This document shows, piece by piece, positions 30,500 through 41,100 of a DNA stretch of 64,000 bases. The DNA is from an uncultured Bacilli bacterium (GTDB taxonomy: Bacteria > Bacillota_I > Bacilli_A > RF39 > UBA660). Below the pieces are notes generated by a model. It had not been told where the DNA came from and searched no databases. It saw only the letters and a list, made by a program, of their open reading frames with translations. Numbering within the stretch: position 1 is the first letter of the stretch; each line of letters starts with the position of its first letter. The position numbers and the translations under genes were made by a program. The DNA is taken from the NCBI GenBank assembly GCA_910577075.1, contig CAJTKV010000005.1:680-64679 (forward strand). The letters run 5' to 3'.

Positions 30500-31888
30500 A
30501 TGAATGATTTATTTGTAATAAATGGAAATAGATTAGATGAAACACAAATTGATGCAATAAAGAGTAAAGCTAAATCGACTTTGGTAGTTGCCGGGGCGGG
30601 AGCGGGTAAAACTCTTACCATAATGGGTAAAATTAAATATCTTATATCCGTAGAGGGATTAAAGGAAGAAGAGATACTATGTATATCTTTTACCAATGAG
30701 ACAGTTAAGAGTTTATATGAAAAACTATTAAAACAGGGATATGATATTGAAGTAAAGACTTTCCATAAACTGGGGCTAAAATTATTAGATAACGATAATA
30801 TATCCATTATAAATGATAATTATTTGGATTTTATCATAGATGAATACTTTAAATCCTTTATAAGATTTAACAAAAAAAGATTGAGATCTCTTAAGAATGT
30901 TTTATATACCAATTTATCAATATCGGAAATATTAAGAACGCAGGAATATAAGAATTTAAAAAAATTAATATCAACTTTTATCAAATTAGCTAAGTGCAAT
31001 AATTATTCAATTAAGGATATATTTTATATATATAAAAAGACTTTTTTTAGAGAAAAGGATATTATTCATAATATCCTAGATATCTATATGATCTATGAAA
31101 ATGAATTAAAAAGTTTAAATAAGATTGATTTTGATGACATGATTATTAAAGCTATTGAGAAAGTTAAAGATGCTAATTTGCCCTATAAATTTATTATTAT
31201 AGATGAATTTCAAGATACTTCACAGGTGCGATATGATTTAATAAATGAAATAATTAAGTATACGAGTTCACGGGTATTTGTCGTCGGTGATGATTGGCAA
31301 AGTATCTATCGCTTTAGTGGGTGTAACTTAAATCTTTTTGTGAATTTCAAAAATTTTTTTGATGATAGTAAGTATTATTATTTAAAATATACTTATCGCA
31401 ATAGCAATGAATTAATCCACGTATCATCACAATTTATCATGAAAAATAAAAAGCAATTGATTAAGAATATCGAATCACATATAAACTTGGATAAGCCTAT
31501 CGTAGTAACTTTTAATTATTCCATTGATGACATAACAAATCTAATCGGCAATGAAAGAATCTTAGTTTTAGGAAGAAATAACGCGGATATTGATAATGTG
31601 GATTGGGAAAACAAATTGACGATTCATCGATCAAAGGGATTAGAAGAGGACAATGTCATACTCGTTAATTCTGATTCGATACCTAGCAAAGTGCCAAATG
31701 AAAGATTATTAAGATTTGTCTTAAACGATAATGACTATATCTTGTATGAAGAAGAGAGAAGATTATTTTATGTTGCTCTAACACGCACACGAGAGAAGAT
31801 ATATATTATGGTCAATAAAAGTGTAAGCCCATTTGTTAAAGAGTTGATGCGTGATTATAAAGACTATATTCAAGTATTAAAAAAGTAG
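30500..31888 (+). CDS. UvrD/REP-family DNA helicase, short form (462 aa)
   Basis: VVAGAGAGKT (Walker A), FHKLG, IIDEFQDTS and VVGDDWQSIYRFSG. Confidence 0.65.
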   Translation: MNDLFVINGNRLDETQIDAIKSKAKSTLVVAGAGAGKTLTIMGKIKYLISVEGLKEEEILCISFTNETVKSLYEKLLKQGYDIEVKTFHKLGLKLLDNDNISIINDNYLDFIIDEYFKSFIRFNKKRLRSLKNVLYTNLSISEILRTQEYKNLKKLISTFIKLAKCNNYSIKDIFYIYKKTFFREKDIIHNILDIYMIYENELKSLNKIDFDDMIIKAIEKVKDANLPYKFIIIDEFQDTSQVRYDLINEIIKYTSSRVFVVGDDWQSIYRFSGCNLNLFVNFKNFFDDSKYYYLKYTYRNSNELIHVSSQFIMKNKKQLIKNIESHINLDKPIVVTFNYSIDDITNLIGNERILVLGRNNADIDNVDWENKLTIHRSKGLEEDNVILVNSDSIPSKVPNERLLRFVLNDNDYILYEEERRLFYVALTRTREKIYIMVNKSVSPFVKELMRDYKDYIQVLKK

Positions 31889-31905
31889 AGATTTCTCTCT
31901 ACCTA

Positions 31906-32445
31906 TTAATAATTTTCGGCTTTGATTTCGAAATATGCTTTAGGATGGGCACATACTGGACATACTTCTGGTGCTTCTTTACCAACTACTATATGACCAC
32001 AGTTGCGGCATTTCCAAATACGATCTCCATCTTTAGAGAACACTAATCCGCCTTCAACATTTTCGATAAGTTTGCGATATCTCTCTTCATGTTCTTTTTC
32101 GATTTTGCCAACACTTTCAAATAAGAAGGCAAGACGTTCAAATCCCTCTTCTCTAGCTGTTTTAGCAAATTCATCGTACATGTCAGTCCATTCGAAGTTT
32201 TCGCCATCGGCTGCGGCATTTAAATTTTCTAGTGTTGAAGGAATTTCGCCACCATTTAATTCTTTAAACCACATTTTGGCATGTTCTTTTTCATTTTCCG
32301 CAGTTTCTAAGAATATTGCAGCAATTTGCTCATATCCTTCCTTTTTAGCTTTACTAGCAAAATAAGTATATTTATTTCTAGCTTGAGATTCGCCTGCAAA
32401 AGCAGTCATTAAGTTTTGTTCTGTTTTTGTTCCTTTATAATTCAT
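31906..32445 (-). CDS. Rubrerythrin
   Basis: Di-iron four-helix motifs (ExxH twice) and a C-terminal rubredoxin-like CRNCGH...CPVC. The start is at [12 protein letters not shown], which has a GAGAGGT RBS. Confidence 0.85.
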   Translation of the reverse strand: MNYKGTKTEQNLMTAFAGESQARNKYTYFASKAKKEGYEQIAAIFLETAENEKEHAKMWFKELNGGEIPSTLENLNAAADGENFEWTDMYDEFAKTAREEGFERLAFLFESVGKIEKEHEERYRKLIENVEGGLVFSKDGDRIWKCRNCGHIVVGKEAPEVCPVCAHPKAYFEIKAENY

Positions 32446-32528
32446 TTTATTTACCTCTCTTTCTATTAATATTTTATATTTTTTTTGCATTTTTTTCAAT
32501 ACTATTTGTGAATTTAGGAGGTTCTTTT

Positions 32529-32810
32529 ATGAATTATTTAACTTGGCAAAATATCAATAAAGACATTGCCAAATTTATTGAATTATTTGTATTACCAAAT
32601 ACTTTAGCTTTTACTTTAGCAAAGTTATATTTTGATGATATAGAGATACAAGATTCTTATAAAGTATTCTATAATACAATAAGAAATCTATTTAATATAA
32701 TTGATGAGGATAAAAATCTCATATTTAAAATTACACGGCAAATATTATATGTTAAGTATGGTCTAGAATTTGAGAGCATAAACCCAATAAAATTAAAAAA
32801 GATAAACTGA
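32529..32810 (+). CDS. Hypothetical protein (93 aa)
   Basis: TAGGAGG RBS before MNYLTWQNI. Confidence 0.35.
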   Translation: MNYLTWQNINKDIAKFIELFVLPNTLAFTLAKLYFDDIEIQDSYKVFYNTIRNLFNIIDEDKNLIFKITRQILYVKYGLEFESINPIKLKKIN

Positions 32811-32812
32811 AT

Positions 32813-34165
32813 TTATCTTAATATTAAAGATTTTTTTATTATTCTTTCATTGTTTCTAGCACCAGTTCCCAATTGAATAATTTCCGTATTGGTGGAACTT
32901 TCAATCCAATATAAGTACTCTTTAATATTTCTTTCAATATCGGCTTCTTCATAGGTACATGATTTATGATAGTAATCTATGGATAATTGTTGAAAGAAAT
33001 TGAGATAGATCCCATAAGAATCATTTAATTGAAGATATCGTTTTAGTTTGTCAATATCCATATTAAATATTCTTCTCTCCTTTTGGGTAACGGTTGTATT
33101 TTCCGATAGATCTTCAATGTAAGGAGATACGTTATCAGAAAATTTAAGGATTCTACTGATATATCGTGGTGTATTATTTTCTTTATAGAAAAGTCTTTCC
33201 ATCTCGAGTGCTTCAAGAACTGTAACTTCGCTAGCATTGATATGCTGATAATTGTCGCCAAATACTTGTTTTAAAGTTGTCTCACTAGATACATCTAATA
33301 GTTCTTCTACGATTTTTCTAGTAAGATGATGATCATAGAAATCTATATCATTCTTAAAAGGAGGAATGCCAAATTTAGATGCTAAGTTGATTTGAGTCCA
33401 AGTTAATTCTTGTCCTTCACCAAATGATCCCGTATAACAAAGTGCTCCCTTTTCACTGATATTACTGATGCGGATGGGAAAAGGTCTTATTGTCATAATG
33501 TTTTCAAGATGACGTGATGGGGATATTCCTGTATCATCTAGCAATCGAGATATCGAAACATTCCTGCTCGTTACATACGGATAATTTCCGCTGTGATTTA
33601 AAGATAAACCGCAGCCTTGGGCTCCCTCTAATAGGACATACTCCTCAGGATTATCTAAGTGGGCATAGAGGCGATCAAACCATTCATCGTTTGTACATCT
33701 TATAGCATTTTTATAGGTTTGAAAGAACTTTAAATTTGGATCACGCATGATCTTTTCTATACTAACAGCTCCACAGCCCTTGTATGTTGAACCTGTTTTA
33801 ATATTTTCTCTTTCATATTCTTTATGGCGCTCCTCTATTAAAGGAACTAATTCGTGAACATATATTTTTCTGTCACCTAAGTAGGGTTCAATTAATCTAT
33901 ACTCTTCTTTAAAAACTGGCATATCGATGGCAGAACCAGAACCTATAAAAAGATCTGTTTGGGGATTAACACTGGCAACAGGTATGTTTCTAAAAACGAG
34001 TTTTTTTCCACGTTCATCAACAAAGGTGTGTCCAGCATTTGTCATGCAATTAGTTACGGATGCTCTTAGGTTGATTGTAATATCCGTTGCTATTTCACCA
34101 ATTACTTTGGCTTTACCACTACTTCCTGCTACACCATCTAAAACTGTTATGACATTTTTATTCAT
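32813..34165 (-). CDS. Adenylosuccinate-synthetase (PurA) family protein, highly divergent at catalytic and substrate-binding positions
   Basis: Conserved NAGHT and LLEGAQGCGLSLNHSGNYPYVTSRN (compare canonical [23 protein letters not shown]), and IQLGTGARNNER (compare STGPDRTET). The P-loop GDEGKGK is replaced by GSSGKAK. The TTGRGIGP loop is replaced by STYKGCGA, and the aspartate loop GATTGRRRR by GSFGEGQEL. Confidence 0.6.
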   Translation of the reverse strand: MNKNVITVLDGVAGSSGKAKVIGEIATDITINLRASVTNCMTNAGHTFVDERGKKLVFRNIPVASVNPQTDLFIGSGSAIDMPVFKEEYRLIEPYLGDRKIYVHELVPLIEERHKEYERENIKTGSTYKGCGAVSIEKIMRDPNLKFFQTYKNAIRCTNDEWFDRLYAHLDNPEEYVLLEGAQGCGLSLNHSGNYPYVTSRNVSISRLLDDTGISPSRHLENIMTIRPFPIRISNISEKGALCYTGSFGEGQELTWTQINLASKFGIPPFKNDIDFYDHHLTRKIVEELLDVSSETTLKQVFGDNYQHINASEVTVLEALEMERLFYKENNTPRYISRILKFSDNVSPYIEDLSENTTVTQKERRIFNMDIDKLKRYLQLNDSYGIYLNFFQQLSIDYYHKSCTYEEADIERNIKEYLYWIESSTNTEIIQLGTGARNNERIIKKSLILR

Positions 34166-34229
34166 AGTATCACCTACTTATATTTTATTATTATAACACG
34201 TTATAAATTTAAGGGAAATAAAAAAGAAA

Positions 34230-35435
34230 CTAACGTCTCCTTTTCTTTCTTGAACTCAATAGACCAAAGCAGATAATTAACAAAAATATAATAGCTGCAA
34301 TAATGAGTATGGGTATTTTATTTGCTTTGATGATTTTTATGGCATCAGGTTCAATAGTCATATCAAGAGTTACTACTTCGGAGCCGATTAATTCATCATT
34401 ATAATAGTACTTAATCTGACCTAGTTCTTCACCTGGTTGATTATTATAATCAATCATATTCTTTCCTTCATATTCAAGAAGAACTAAATCTTTATTATAG
34501 TCTTTAGGTAAAAACTTTTTAAAATTGTTTTTGGTCTTTATTTCATAAGTATCAATTTTAGCTAGTTCAACAGCGATATTTTTAACTACTGTATCTTTGG
34601 GTATTATCTCTTCATATTTATAACTATCTTCTAAGAAGTCAATTAAAGTATTGGCATCTTTAATATTATAAAAATCTCCATAAACATATGGTGCCTTCAT
34701 GGTTATTACAATTACTTCGTGATCTAGGATATTAGTTAAAGCCGAAATGCAAATACCCGCCTTACTTGTGTATCCTGTTTTACTTCCCTTTATTCGCGAG
34801 ACGTCAATATTCATCTTTTGTGAATACATTTTTATTGTTGATTCAACTTTTTGGTTATTAGATAAAAGATATTCCCTAGTACAATAAATTTTTTTGAATG
34901 TGGGATTGCCCAAGGCATACTTTAATATTTTCATGACATCTTTAGCCGTACTATAGTGGTTTTCAACATCTAGGCCGGTAACATTGACAAAATGGGTATT
35001 TGTTACACCAATTTTTTTGGCAATAGTATTCATCTCTTTGACAAAGTTAGAAATACTCCCAGATGTCGATACGGCAATGGACTGTGTAGCATCAGCGCCA
35101 CTTGGAAGAATTGAAGCATATAATAAATCTTCAAAAGTATAGGTCTCCCCGAGGTTTAGATGCGCAATGGAGGCATCAGCCGGAATTCCTGCTAACATTG
35201 ACTCGGATATTTTTATCTTTTTAGATAGATCATTATTTAACTCTAATGCAGTAATAGTTGTCATTATCTTAGTTAAAGAAGCAATATTGGTCTTCTTATC
35301 GCTATTTTTTTCAATAAGGACTTGATCATCTGTTAAATCATAAAGCATGACGATTTCCGAATATGTATTGGGAAGTTCAAGTCCAAATGTTGAAATTGGA
35401 ATTAATAATAGTATAAACAATAATATTTTTTTCAT
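34230..35435 (-). CDS. D-alanyl-D-alanine carboxypeptidase (PBP5/DacA-like, S11) with C-terminal anchor
   Basis: Signal peptide, the SxxK motif ASLTKIMT, and a C-terminal TM. Confidence 0.75.
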   Translation of the reverse strand: MKKILLFILLLIPISTFGLELPNTYSEIVMLYDLTDDQVLIEKNSDKKTNIASLTKIMTTITALELNNDLSKKIKISESMLAGIPADASIAHLNLGETYTFEDLLYASILPSGADATQSIAVSTSGSISNFVKEMNTIAKKIGVTNTHFVNVTGLDVENHYSTAKDVMKILKYALGNPTFKKIYCTREYLLSNNQKVESTIKMYSQKMNIDVSRIKGSKTGYTSKAGICISALTNILDHEVIVITMKAPYVYGDFYNIKDANTLIDFLEDSYKYEEIIPKDTVVKNIAVELAKIDTYEIKTKNNFKKFLPKDYNKDLVLLEYEGKNMIDYNNQPGEELGQIKYYYNDELIGSEVVTLDMTIEPDAIKIIKANKIPILIIAAIIFLLIICFGLLSSRKKRRR

Positions 35436-35470
35436 TTCTTACACCCTTTTATTATCTTAATTATATCATA

Positions 35471-36670
35471 TTAATTAAAATATTTAATCTTAAATTCTGT
35501 CTCATTATTTTGGGATTCAACACTTATGGTTCCCCCGTCTCGCTCAACGATAGTCTTGGACAGAGCAAGTCCAATGCCTACACTGTCCTTGCTGCTATTT
35601 TTCCCCTTATAAAATCTTTCAAAGATATGGGATATTTCCTCTTTGGGTATCGTATTTCCAGCATTTTTTATAGATATAATGGCGAATATGCGATTATCTG
35701 TTGCGGTAATAGATACTGTGCTTTGCTCGTAGGCATGTTCAACACAGTTTTTAACGACATTTGTTAGTGCTTCTATTTCCCACTTTAAATCCCCTTTTAT
35801 CTTTAATGACTTATCGCATTTAACTGCTATTTTGACATCTTTTAAATCCGTCAATGGAAGTACATTTTTAACACTTTCATCTATAATCTTTTGAACACTT
35901 ATATACTCTTCAGAAAAAGTAATAGTATTGGCATCAAATTTAGACAATTTCAAAATATTTTGAACTAAGAAATTGATATTATTTATTTCTCTTTTAATAT
36001 CTAATATAAAATCCTCTCTTACACTTTCTTCCATCATAGGATCGTCGATGATATTATCTAACATAATACCTATTGAAGTTAAAGGAGTCTTTAATTGGTG
36101 AGAGATATCAGATAGCGAGTCTTTAAGTTGCTTCTTATCATTTAAGGAATTATCGGCGGCTTCTTTTAACATTACCATCGTCTTATATATCTCATTTTGC
36201 AGTAATGATAGAGAATTTTCCTTATTAGATAAGATATCTAATTTATAATTCTTGCGGTTTATCTCTTCAACATACTTAGTGATTTCAGTAATTTTATTAT
36301 TTACTATCTTGTTATAAATGAGAAAAAAGATAAGCAATACTGCAGCATATACTATAATAATTATGGCATTAGATATATACATATTGTCAATAGTAGCTTG
36401 GTTGCTAAGACTTACCGATTCTTTGCGAATATCTATTCCATATTCTTTCAAGGCATTATCATCACCTAGATGTTTTTTATTTAAAATTGCTATTATGTTA
36501 TTAGTGGATACTTCGGGATATTCCTTCTTTATTTCAGAAACCAAGTTATTTACTATGATATTATAATTGTAATCATATTCTTTAATGAAGTTATTAGTAT
36601 TTATTGCTAAAAGCATAAGAAAGAAAAGAGATATTATACTACCTATTAGAATTACTATTTTATTTTTCAT
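35471..36670 (-). CDS. Sensor histidine kinase (2 TM, about 75-aa extracytoplasmic loop)
   Basis: H-box SHQLKTPLTSI and a HATPase domain (GIGLALSKTIVERDGGTISV). It overlaps the regulator's stop codon. Confidence 0.8.
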   Translation of the reverse strand: MKNKIVILIGSIISLFFLMLLAINTNNFIKEYDYNYNIIVNNLVSEIKKEYPEVSTNNIIAILNKKHLGDDNALKEYGIDIRKESVSLSNQATIDNMYISNAIIIIVYAAVLLIFFLIYNKIVNNKITEITKYVEEINRKNYKLDILSNKENSLSLLQNEIYKTMVMLKEAADNSLNDKKQLKDSLSDISHQLKTPLTSIGIMLDNIIDDPMMEESVREDFILDIKREINNINFLVQNILKLSKFDANTITFSEEYISVQKIIDESVKNVLPLTDLKDVKIAVKCDKSLKIKGDLKWEIEALTNVVKNCVEHAYEQSTVSITATDNRIFAIISIKNAGNTIPKEEISHIFERFYKGKNSSKDSVGIGLALSKTIVERDGGTISVESQNNETEFKIKYFN

Positions 36671-37303
36671 CTATTCTATAACCTACTCCCTTTAATGTTA
36701 TAATAATATCGCTGGCGAGTTTTTCGCGTATTCTTTTCATATAGACCGTAACAGTATTATCGTACACGTCATTTCCCGTCCATTCCCAAATACGTTCAAT
36801 AATTAACTGTCTAGTGACAACTTTATTCATATTATTAAATAAAAGTGCTAATATTTTTAATTCTAAGCTAGATAGATTAATGGCCTCACCATTCTTGGAT
36901 ACTTCCATCTTATCAAAATCAAAGGTTATATCTTTAATTGTAATTTTATTGTTTTCTTTATTTATGAGTATTCGATTGATCGTGCAAGAAGTTCTCGGGT
37001 AGAAAAAGGCTTAGTTATATAATCATCAGCACCAAGTTCTAGTCCTAAAACAATATCATCTTCGGTATCTCTGGCTGTTAAAAATATCGTTTTAATATTA
37101 TTTACATGATTCTTATATAAATCAAAGCCGTTGCCATCTGGCAAAGAGACATCTAAGATTATTAAATCCACAGGGTTATTTGCGATATAGTCAATAGTAT
37201 CTTTTGCCGTTGTTCTAACAATGACATTGTACTTATTTTGTTCTAAAGCATAAACAAGACCTTTTACAATACTTTGATTATCCTCTACTAGTAATATTTT
37301 CAT
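36660..37303 (-). pseudogene. OmpR-family response regulator interrupted by a frameshift (receiver 37303-36962; winged-helix 36908-36660)
   Basis: The receiver domain ends ...KPFSTRELLARSIEYS*. The DNA-binding domain (INRILINKENNKITIKDITFDFDKMEVSKNGEAINLS...GYRIDEK) continues in another frame from about position 36985. An indel within the ATCAATCG tract would restore the frame. Confidence 0.6.
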
Positions 37304-37361
37304 AGTATCACCTAATTAAATTATAACATATTTTGGCATATAAAAAGCGACTAAGTCGCTT

Positions 37362-38333
37362 CTACTTTGCTGGTTTAGGTATTTCGTCATCATTAAAACC
37401 TATTCTTTCAAATTTCTTATCCATAGTTGAGTCATAAGAATAGTTAACTCGCCCATGAGATAAATCTTTTAATCCCTCTTGAACTTTAGGATTGCTCTCA
37501 CCGCAGATCATTAAATCAAGTTCCCAGTCTTCAACAGGCGGAATAAAGACCTCTTTGGGAAAGTTCATATAGACCTCATCTATATTCATATTTCTTAAAC
37601 CACTTTCCTGGTTTAAAGGAACACTAGAACTAAAGGTGAGATTGTTTGCAAAATCATCGATAAAAAGATGAGCAGTATCTAAATATTCTCTTGAAATAAC
37701 TGTTCTACGGGAACGAAGACTCTCAATATTTTCATCACTAGCTATTAAGGCTTTTCTTGGAATATATAACATGGAATCTATGCTGGCTGTTTTAAAGTTT
37801 TCATTTAGTTCTCCACGAGTATAATGAACAATCTCTTTTTTTAACATTAAACCACAAGAGGAGTATTTTTCTGTTTCTTGCCATACAGAATTATTGCACT
37901 TATCAATTGGACATTGATAATTATCTATTGTTGATCCGAGTGTAGTAATAGAAAGATTGTTTTTTCCCTCTAGAGAAATAGTCTTTTCGATTACACTTCT
38001 TTGATGCATAGGCTCTCCATCCTTAGGAATAGATGATTTTTCTGTTAAAAGGAAGCATTTTATACTATTAGAATCATAGCTTGTTAATCCTAGAGCATAA
38101 GCAATATCTGAATCATCTGTATAAGTAAAAGTTATTGCCTTATCAAATTGTTTTACTTTAGGTTCATCGTCTATATTATCTAGAGGGATATTGTTAATAA
38201 GTCCATTTATTTCCGATAGCGCCGATGAAAAAGCAGGATTTTCTTTAAATTTAGGACTTATGCCTAATTCGTACAATTTAGATAATATACCATTTTTAAG
38301 TTCACTAACTGTATATTCCATATTAGCCTCCAT
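37362..38333 (-). CDS. Hypothetical protein (323 aa)
   Basis: GGAGG RBS; flanked by terminators; no motifs recognised. Confidence 0.45.
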   Translation of the reverse strand: MEANMEYTVSELKNGILSKLYELGISPKFKENPAFSSALSEINGLINNIPLDNIDDEPKVKQFDKAITFTYTDDSDIAYALGLTSYDSNSIKCFLLTEKSSIPKDGEPMHQRSVIEKTISLEGKNNLSITTLGSTIDNYQCPIDKCNNSVWQETEKYSSCGLMLKKEIVHYTRGELNENFKTASIDSMLYIPRKALIASDENIESLRSRRTVISREYLDTAHLFIDDFANNLTFSSSVPLNQESGLRNMNIDEVYMNFPKEVFIPPVEDWELDLMICGESNPKVQEGLKDLSHGRVNYSYDSTMDKKFERIGFNDDEIPKPAK

Positions 38334-38403
38334 TTATATACATAAATTATAACATTTATAAATGCCAATGTGACAATTAATAGTTAATTTGACATTATAT
38401 AGA

Positions 38404-38431
38404 CAAAAAGCAGTGATATGTACTGCTTTTA
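38404..38431 (-). terminator. Rho-independent terminator after the ABC permease gene
   Basis: AAGCAGT-ACATATC-ACTGCTT followed by TTTTG on the minus strand. Confidence 0.5.
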
Positions 38432-41098
38432 TATGTTATCGTTTCTAATTGTTTCTATAGTATTTTGTCTATTAATTTTCTTTATAGAGTATTTCATGAT
38501 GCAGGTTACCAAGATATAGACGGCAAGAATACTCATAATTATGGCAGCATATGGTAGAGTATATGCGTAGCTCCAATAGCCATCCATTAGCGCTTTATAG
38601 ATTAGGTAGGAAAGAAGACAGCCAATAGGTATACCTATTATTAGGGATTTTGTTCCGTAGAATAAACTTTCAAGACTGACCATTCTATTGAATTCCTTTT
38701 TAGTCATTCCAATACTCTTTAACATAGCAAACTCACGACTGCGAAGTTCCATGTTAGTAGTTATCGTATTAAAGATATTAGTTATTCCAATAAGAGCAAT
38801 AACAGTTATAAAACCATATAGAAATATTGCAATTAAGGTAAATAAAGAATTCATAGTTCGTACCTCCTTGTCTAAGTTAAAGATATGATAATTTGAATCA
38901 CCAACACTTGATAATATTTTATCGGCTTCATCTTGGTTTTTATCAGGATTTTCAATATCAGCAACTATTGAAAAGGAATTATCCTCTAAATTCTCATTTA
39001 ACTTAGAATCACTGACAATTAGCAAAGGCGTACCATAATAATTTTCAAGACCTAGAGGTCGTTCATAAGTGACTGCGGCGATAGCAATTTCATAATTTAT
39101 CTCTTTTCTTCCACTGGAGTCGCCAGGATAAATTCTTCCCTTAAGAATATCTCCTGCCTTGTAAGTAAAGAATGGTATTTCTGTTTTCTTGACAGTTGAT
39201 TCGCCATCAGTAGATATCCAATCGATATCGTTGTTAATAAGTATGGCTTTATCGACAACATCATTATAATTTAGACCAATTTTTTTAATAAAGGCTTTGT
39301 ATTCTTCTTCTCCTATGGAATATATTGAGGATGACATAGTGTTACTTTTTTCATCATAATCAAGTTCTCGTAGTTGATTATAGTATTCATCTGTGAACTT
39401 AGGATTATCAATCGTGAATGTAATATCACGTAAAACCGAATAACGATTATAACCTTCTAGCTTTAATAATTGTTCTTTGGCATTATCTGATGCCTCTTTA
39501 TTTTTTATATTAGCAGTTATTTCAAGATTATAATTTTGCTCACCATATTGCATTTCAACAGTTTTAAAAGCCAAATTCATAAACGAATATAGGGCGATAA
39601 ATACAGATACACAGACAATTATAGATACTACCGTTGTTCTATATTTCTTATTATTTCTCTTTAAATTTTTATAGGAAACATCTCCTCCAATGCCAAAGAT
39701 CTTTTTGACCATTTTAGGAGATTTTAATTTTTTAGATTTTATTTTGATATCGTCATTGTTGCGAATTGCTGTTATTGGCGATATACGTGATGCTTTTCTA
39801 GCACTTCTAATGGTCGATAGATAAATTGTTAGAATTCCAAGTATCACAGATACAGCTAAAGAGATAAATGATATAGAGAATACTAGGTTTAGATTTAGAC
39901 TTTCGGCTAAAAAATAATCACAAACAAGAATAAGTATATAAGCGGCTAACAATCCACTTAAGACACCTAAAGGAATACCAATTAGACCAAGAACAAAAGC
40001 CTCATATAAGACATTTTTCTTTATCTGTTTTTTGGTTGCTCCCACACTTGCTAGCATTCCATATTGCTTAGTTTTTTCGGTTATTGATATATTAAAACTA
40101 TTCTTTATGCAGAATACTGATGTTACGATAATAATGATAGATACAATGGCAGCAACAGTGAATAATACACGAATGCTAGGGTCATCATTTGCCCCTCCTT
40201 CAAGGGCTATAAGAGTTTTGTTAGATGATAATATACCATACTTAGAATTCTTCATTTGCTCGCTTAGTTTCTCATTTTTTTTCATATAGTCATTATATTC
40301 TTCTTCTGAGTTGTAGGAATGAAAAGTATTAATATATTCATATAATTCCTCATCAACACCTAATATGTTGGCTGTATTTCGATAAAAATCTTTTAATCCA
40401 TCCTTTTTAAAGCGGACATAAGCATTGTATTTCCCTGTTTCATTGGTATCTAAGCAAGTTATAAAAGTATAACCAGGAGATGAATAATCCTCGATTTTAT
40501 AACTAGGTCTTTCGATGATACCAACAATTTTATATTCTAACTCGGTAGATGGTTCAAATTTTTCTTCATCAAAAGTAAATGGATTAGATTGAAAAAGTTC
40601 ATAGCCATCTAAAGTTAGACGTTTCCCGATATTTAATTTGATACTGTCTCCAACTTTAAGATCGACTCTTCCATTGGTCTTTAGATGCCTTGGTATAACA
40701 ACTTCTTTACTTGTTTTGGGAAGTCTACCTTCTTTTAAGGTTATTCCTAAGTTTTCTAAGGCATCAAAATCATAGGCAGTTACGTAGACAAAGGGTTTAT
40801 CTTCGTTTTTTATTTCTGGTAATTTAGCATAGCCAATTTCTTTAGTAAAAAAGACATCATCTATTTGGCGATTTTCCCTATATTTTTGCCTATCGGATTC
40901 ATCGAGACCAGTGAAAGAGATATGAAAATTACCGGTATTAATTTTTTCATACTTAATCATGGATGATTGAAAACTTACGACTAGACTAGATAGTGCAGAA
41001 ATAAGGGCGACCGATAAGATAATACCAATAACGGTTACAATTGTTCTTTTCTTGTTTAAAAGTAAATTCTTTTTAGTTAATTTATTAAGTAAGTTCAT
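38429..41098 (-). CDS. ABC transporter permease with two FtsX domains (BceB/MacB-like)
   Basis: 889 aa, with an N-terminal TM, a large extracytoplasmic domain and 4-TM FtsX modules. Confidence 0.8.
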   Translation of the reverse strand: MNLLNKLTKKNLLLNKKRTIVTVIGIILSVALISALSSLVVSFQSSMIKYEKINTGNFHISFTGLDESDRQKYRENRQIDDVFFTKEIGYAKLPEIKNEDKPFVYVTAYDFDALENLGITLKEGRLPKTSKEVVIPRHLKTNGRVDLKVGDSIKLNIGKRLTLDGYELFQSNPFTFDEEKFEPSTELEYKIVGIIERPSYKIEDYSSPGYTFITCLDTNETGKYNAYVRFKKDGLKDFYRNTANILGVDEELYEYINTFHSYNSEEEYNDYMKKNEKLSEQMKNSKYGILSSNKTLIALEGGANDDPSIRVLFTVAAIVSIIIIVTSVFCIKNSFNISITEKTKQYGMLASVGATKKQIKKNVLYEAFVLGLIGIPLGVLSGLLAAYILILVCDYFLAESLNLNLVFSISFISLAVSVILGILTIYLSTIRSARKASRISPITAIRNNDDIKIKSKKLKSPKMVKKIFGIGGDVSYKNLKRNNKKYRTTVVSIIVCVSVFIALYSFMNLAFKTVEMQYGEQNYNLEITANIKNKEASDNAKEQLLKLEGYNRYSVLRDITFTIDNPKFTDEYYNQLRELDYDEKSNTMSSSIYSIGEEEYKAFIKKIGLNYNDVVDKAILINNDIDWISTDGESTVKKTEIPFFTYKAGDILKGRIYPGDSSGRKEINYEIAIAAVTYERPLGLENYYGTPLLIVSDSKLNENLEDNSFSIVADIENPDKNQDEADKILSSVGDSNYHIFNLDKEVRTMNSLFTLIAIFLYGFITVIALIGITNIFNTITTNMELRSREFAMLKSIGMTKKEFNRMVSLESLFYGTKSLIIGIPIGCLLSYLIYKALMDGYWSYAYTLPYAAIIMSILAVYILVTCIMKYSIKKINRQNTIETIRNDNI

Positions 41099-41100
41099 AG

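Noticed and set aside
30319-30807. 162-aa minus-strand ORF spanning the addA/helicase junction
   Set aside because: It overlaps two well-supported plus-strand genes and their intergenic promoter, and it has low-complexity composition.
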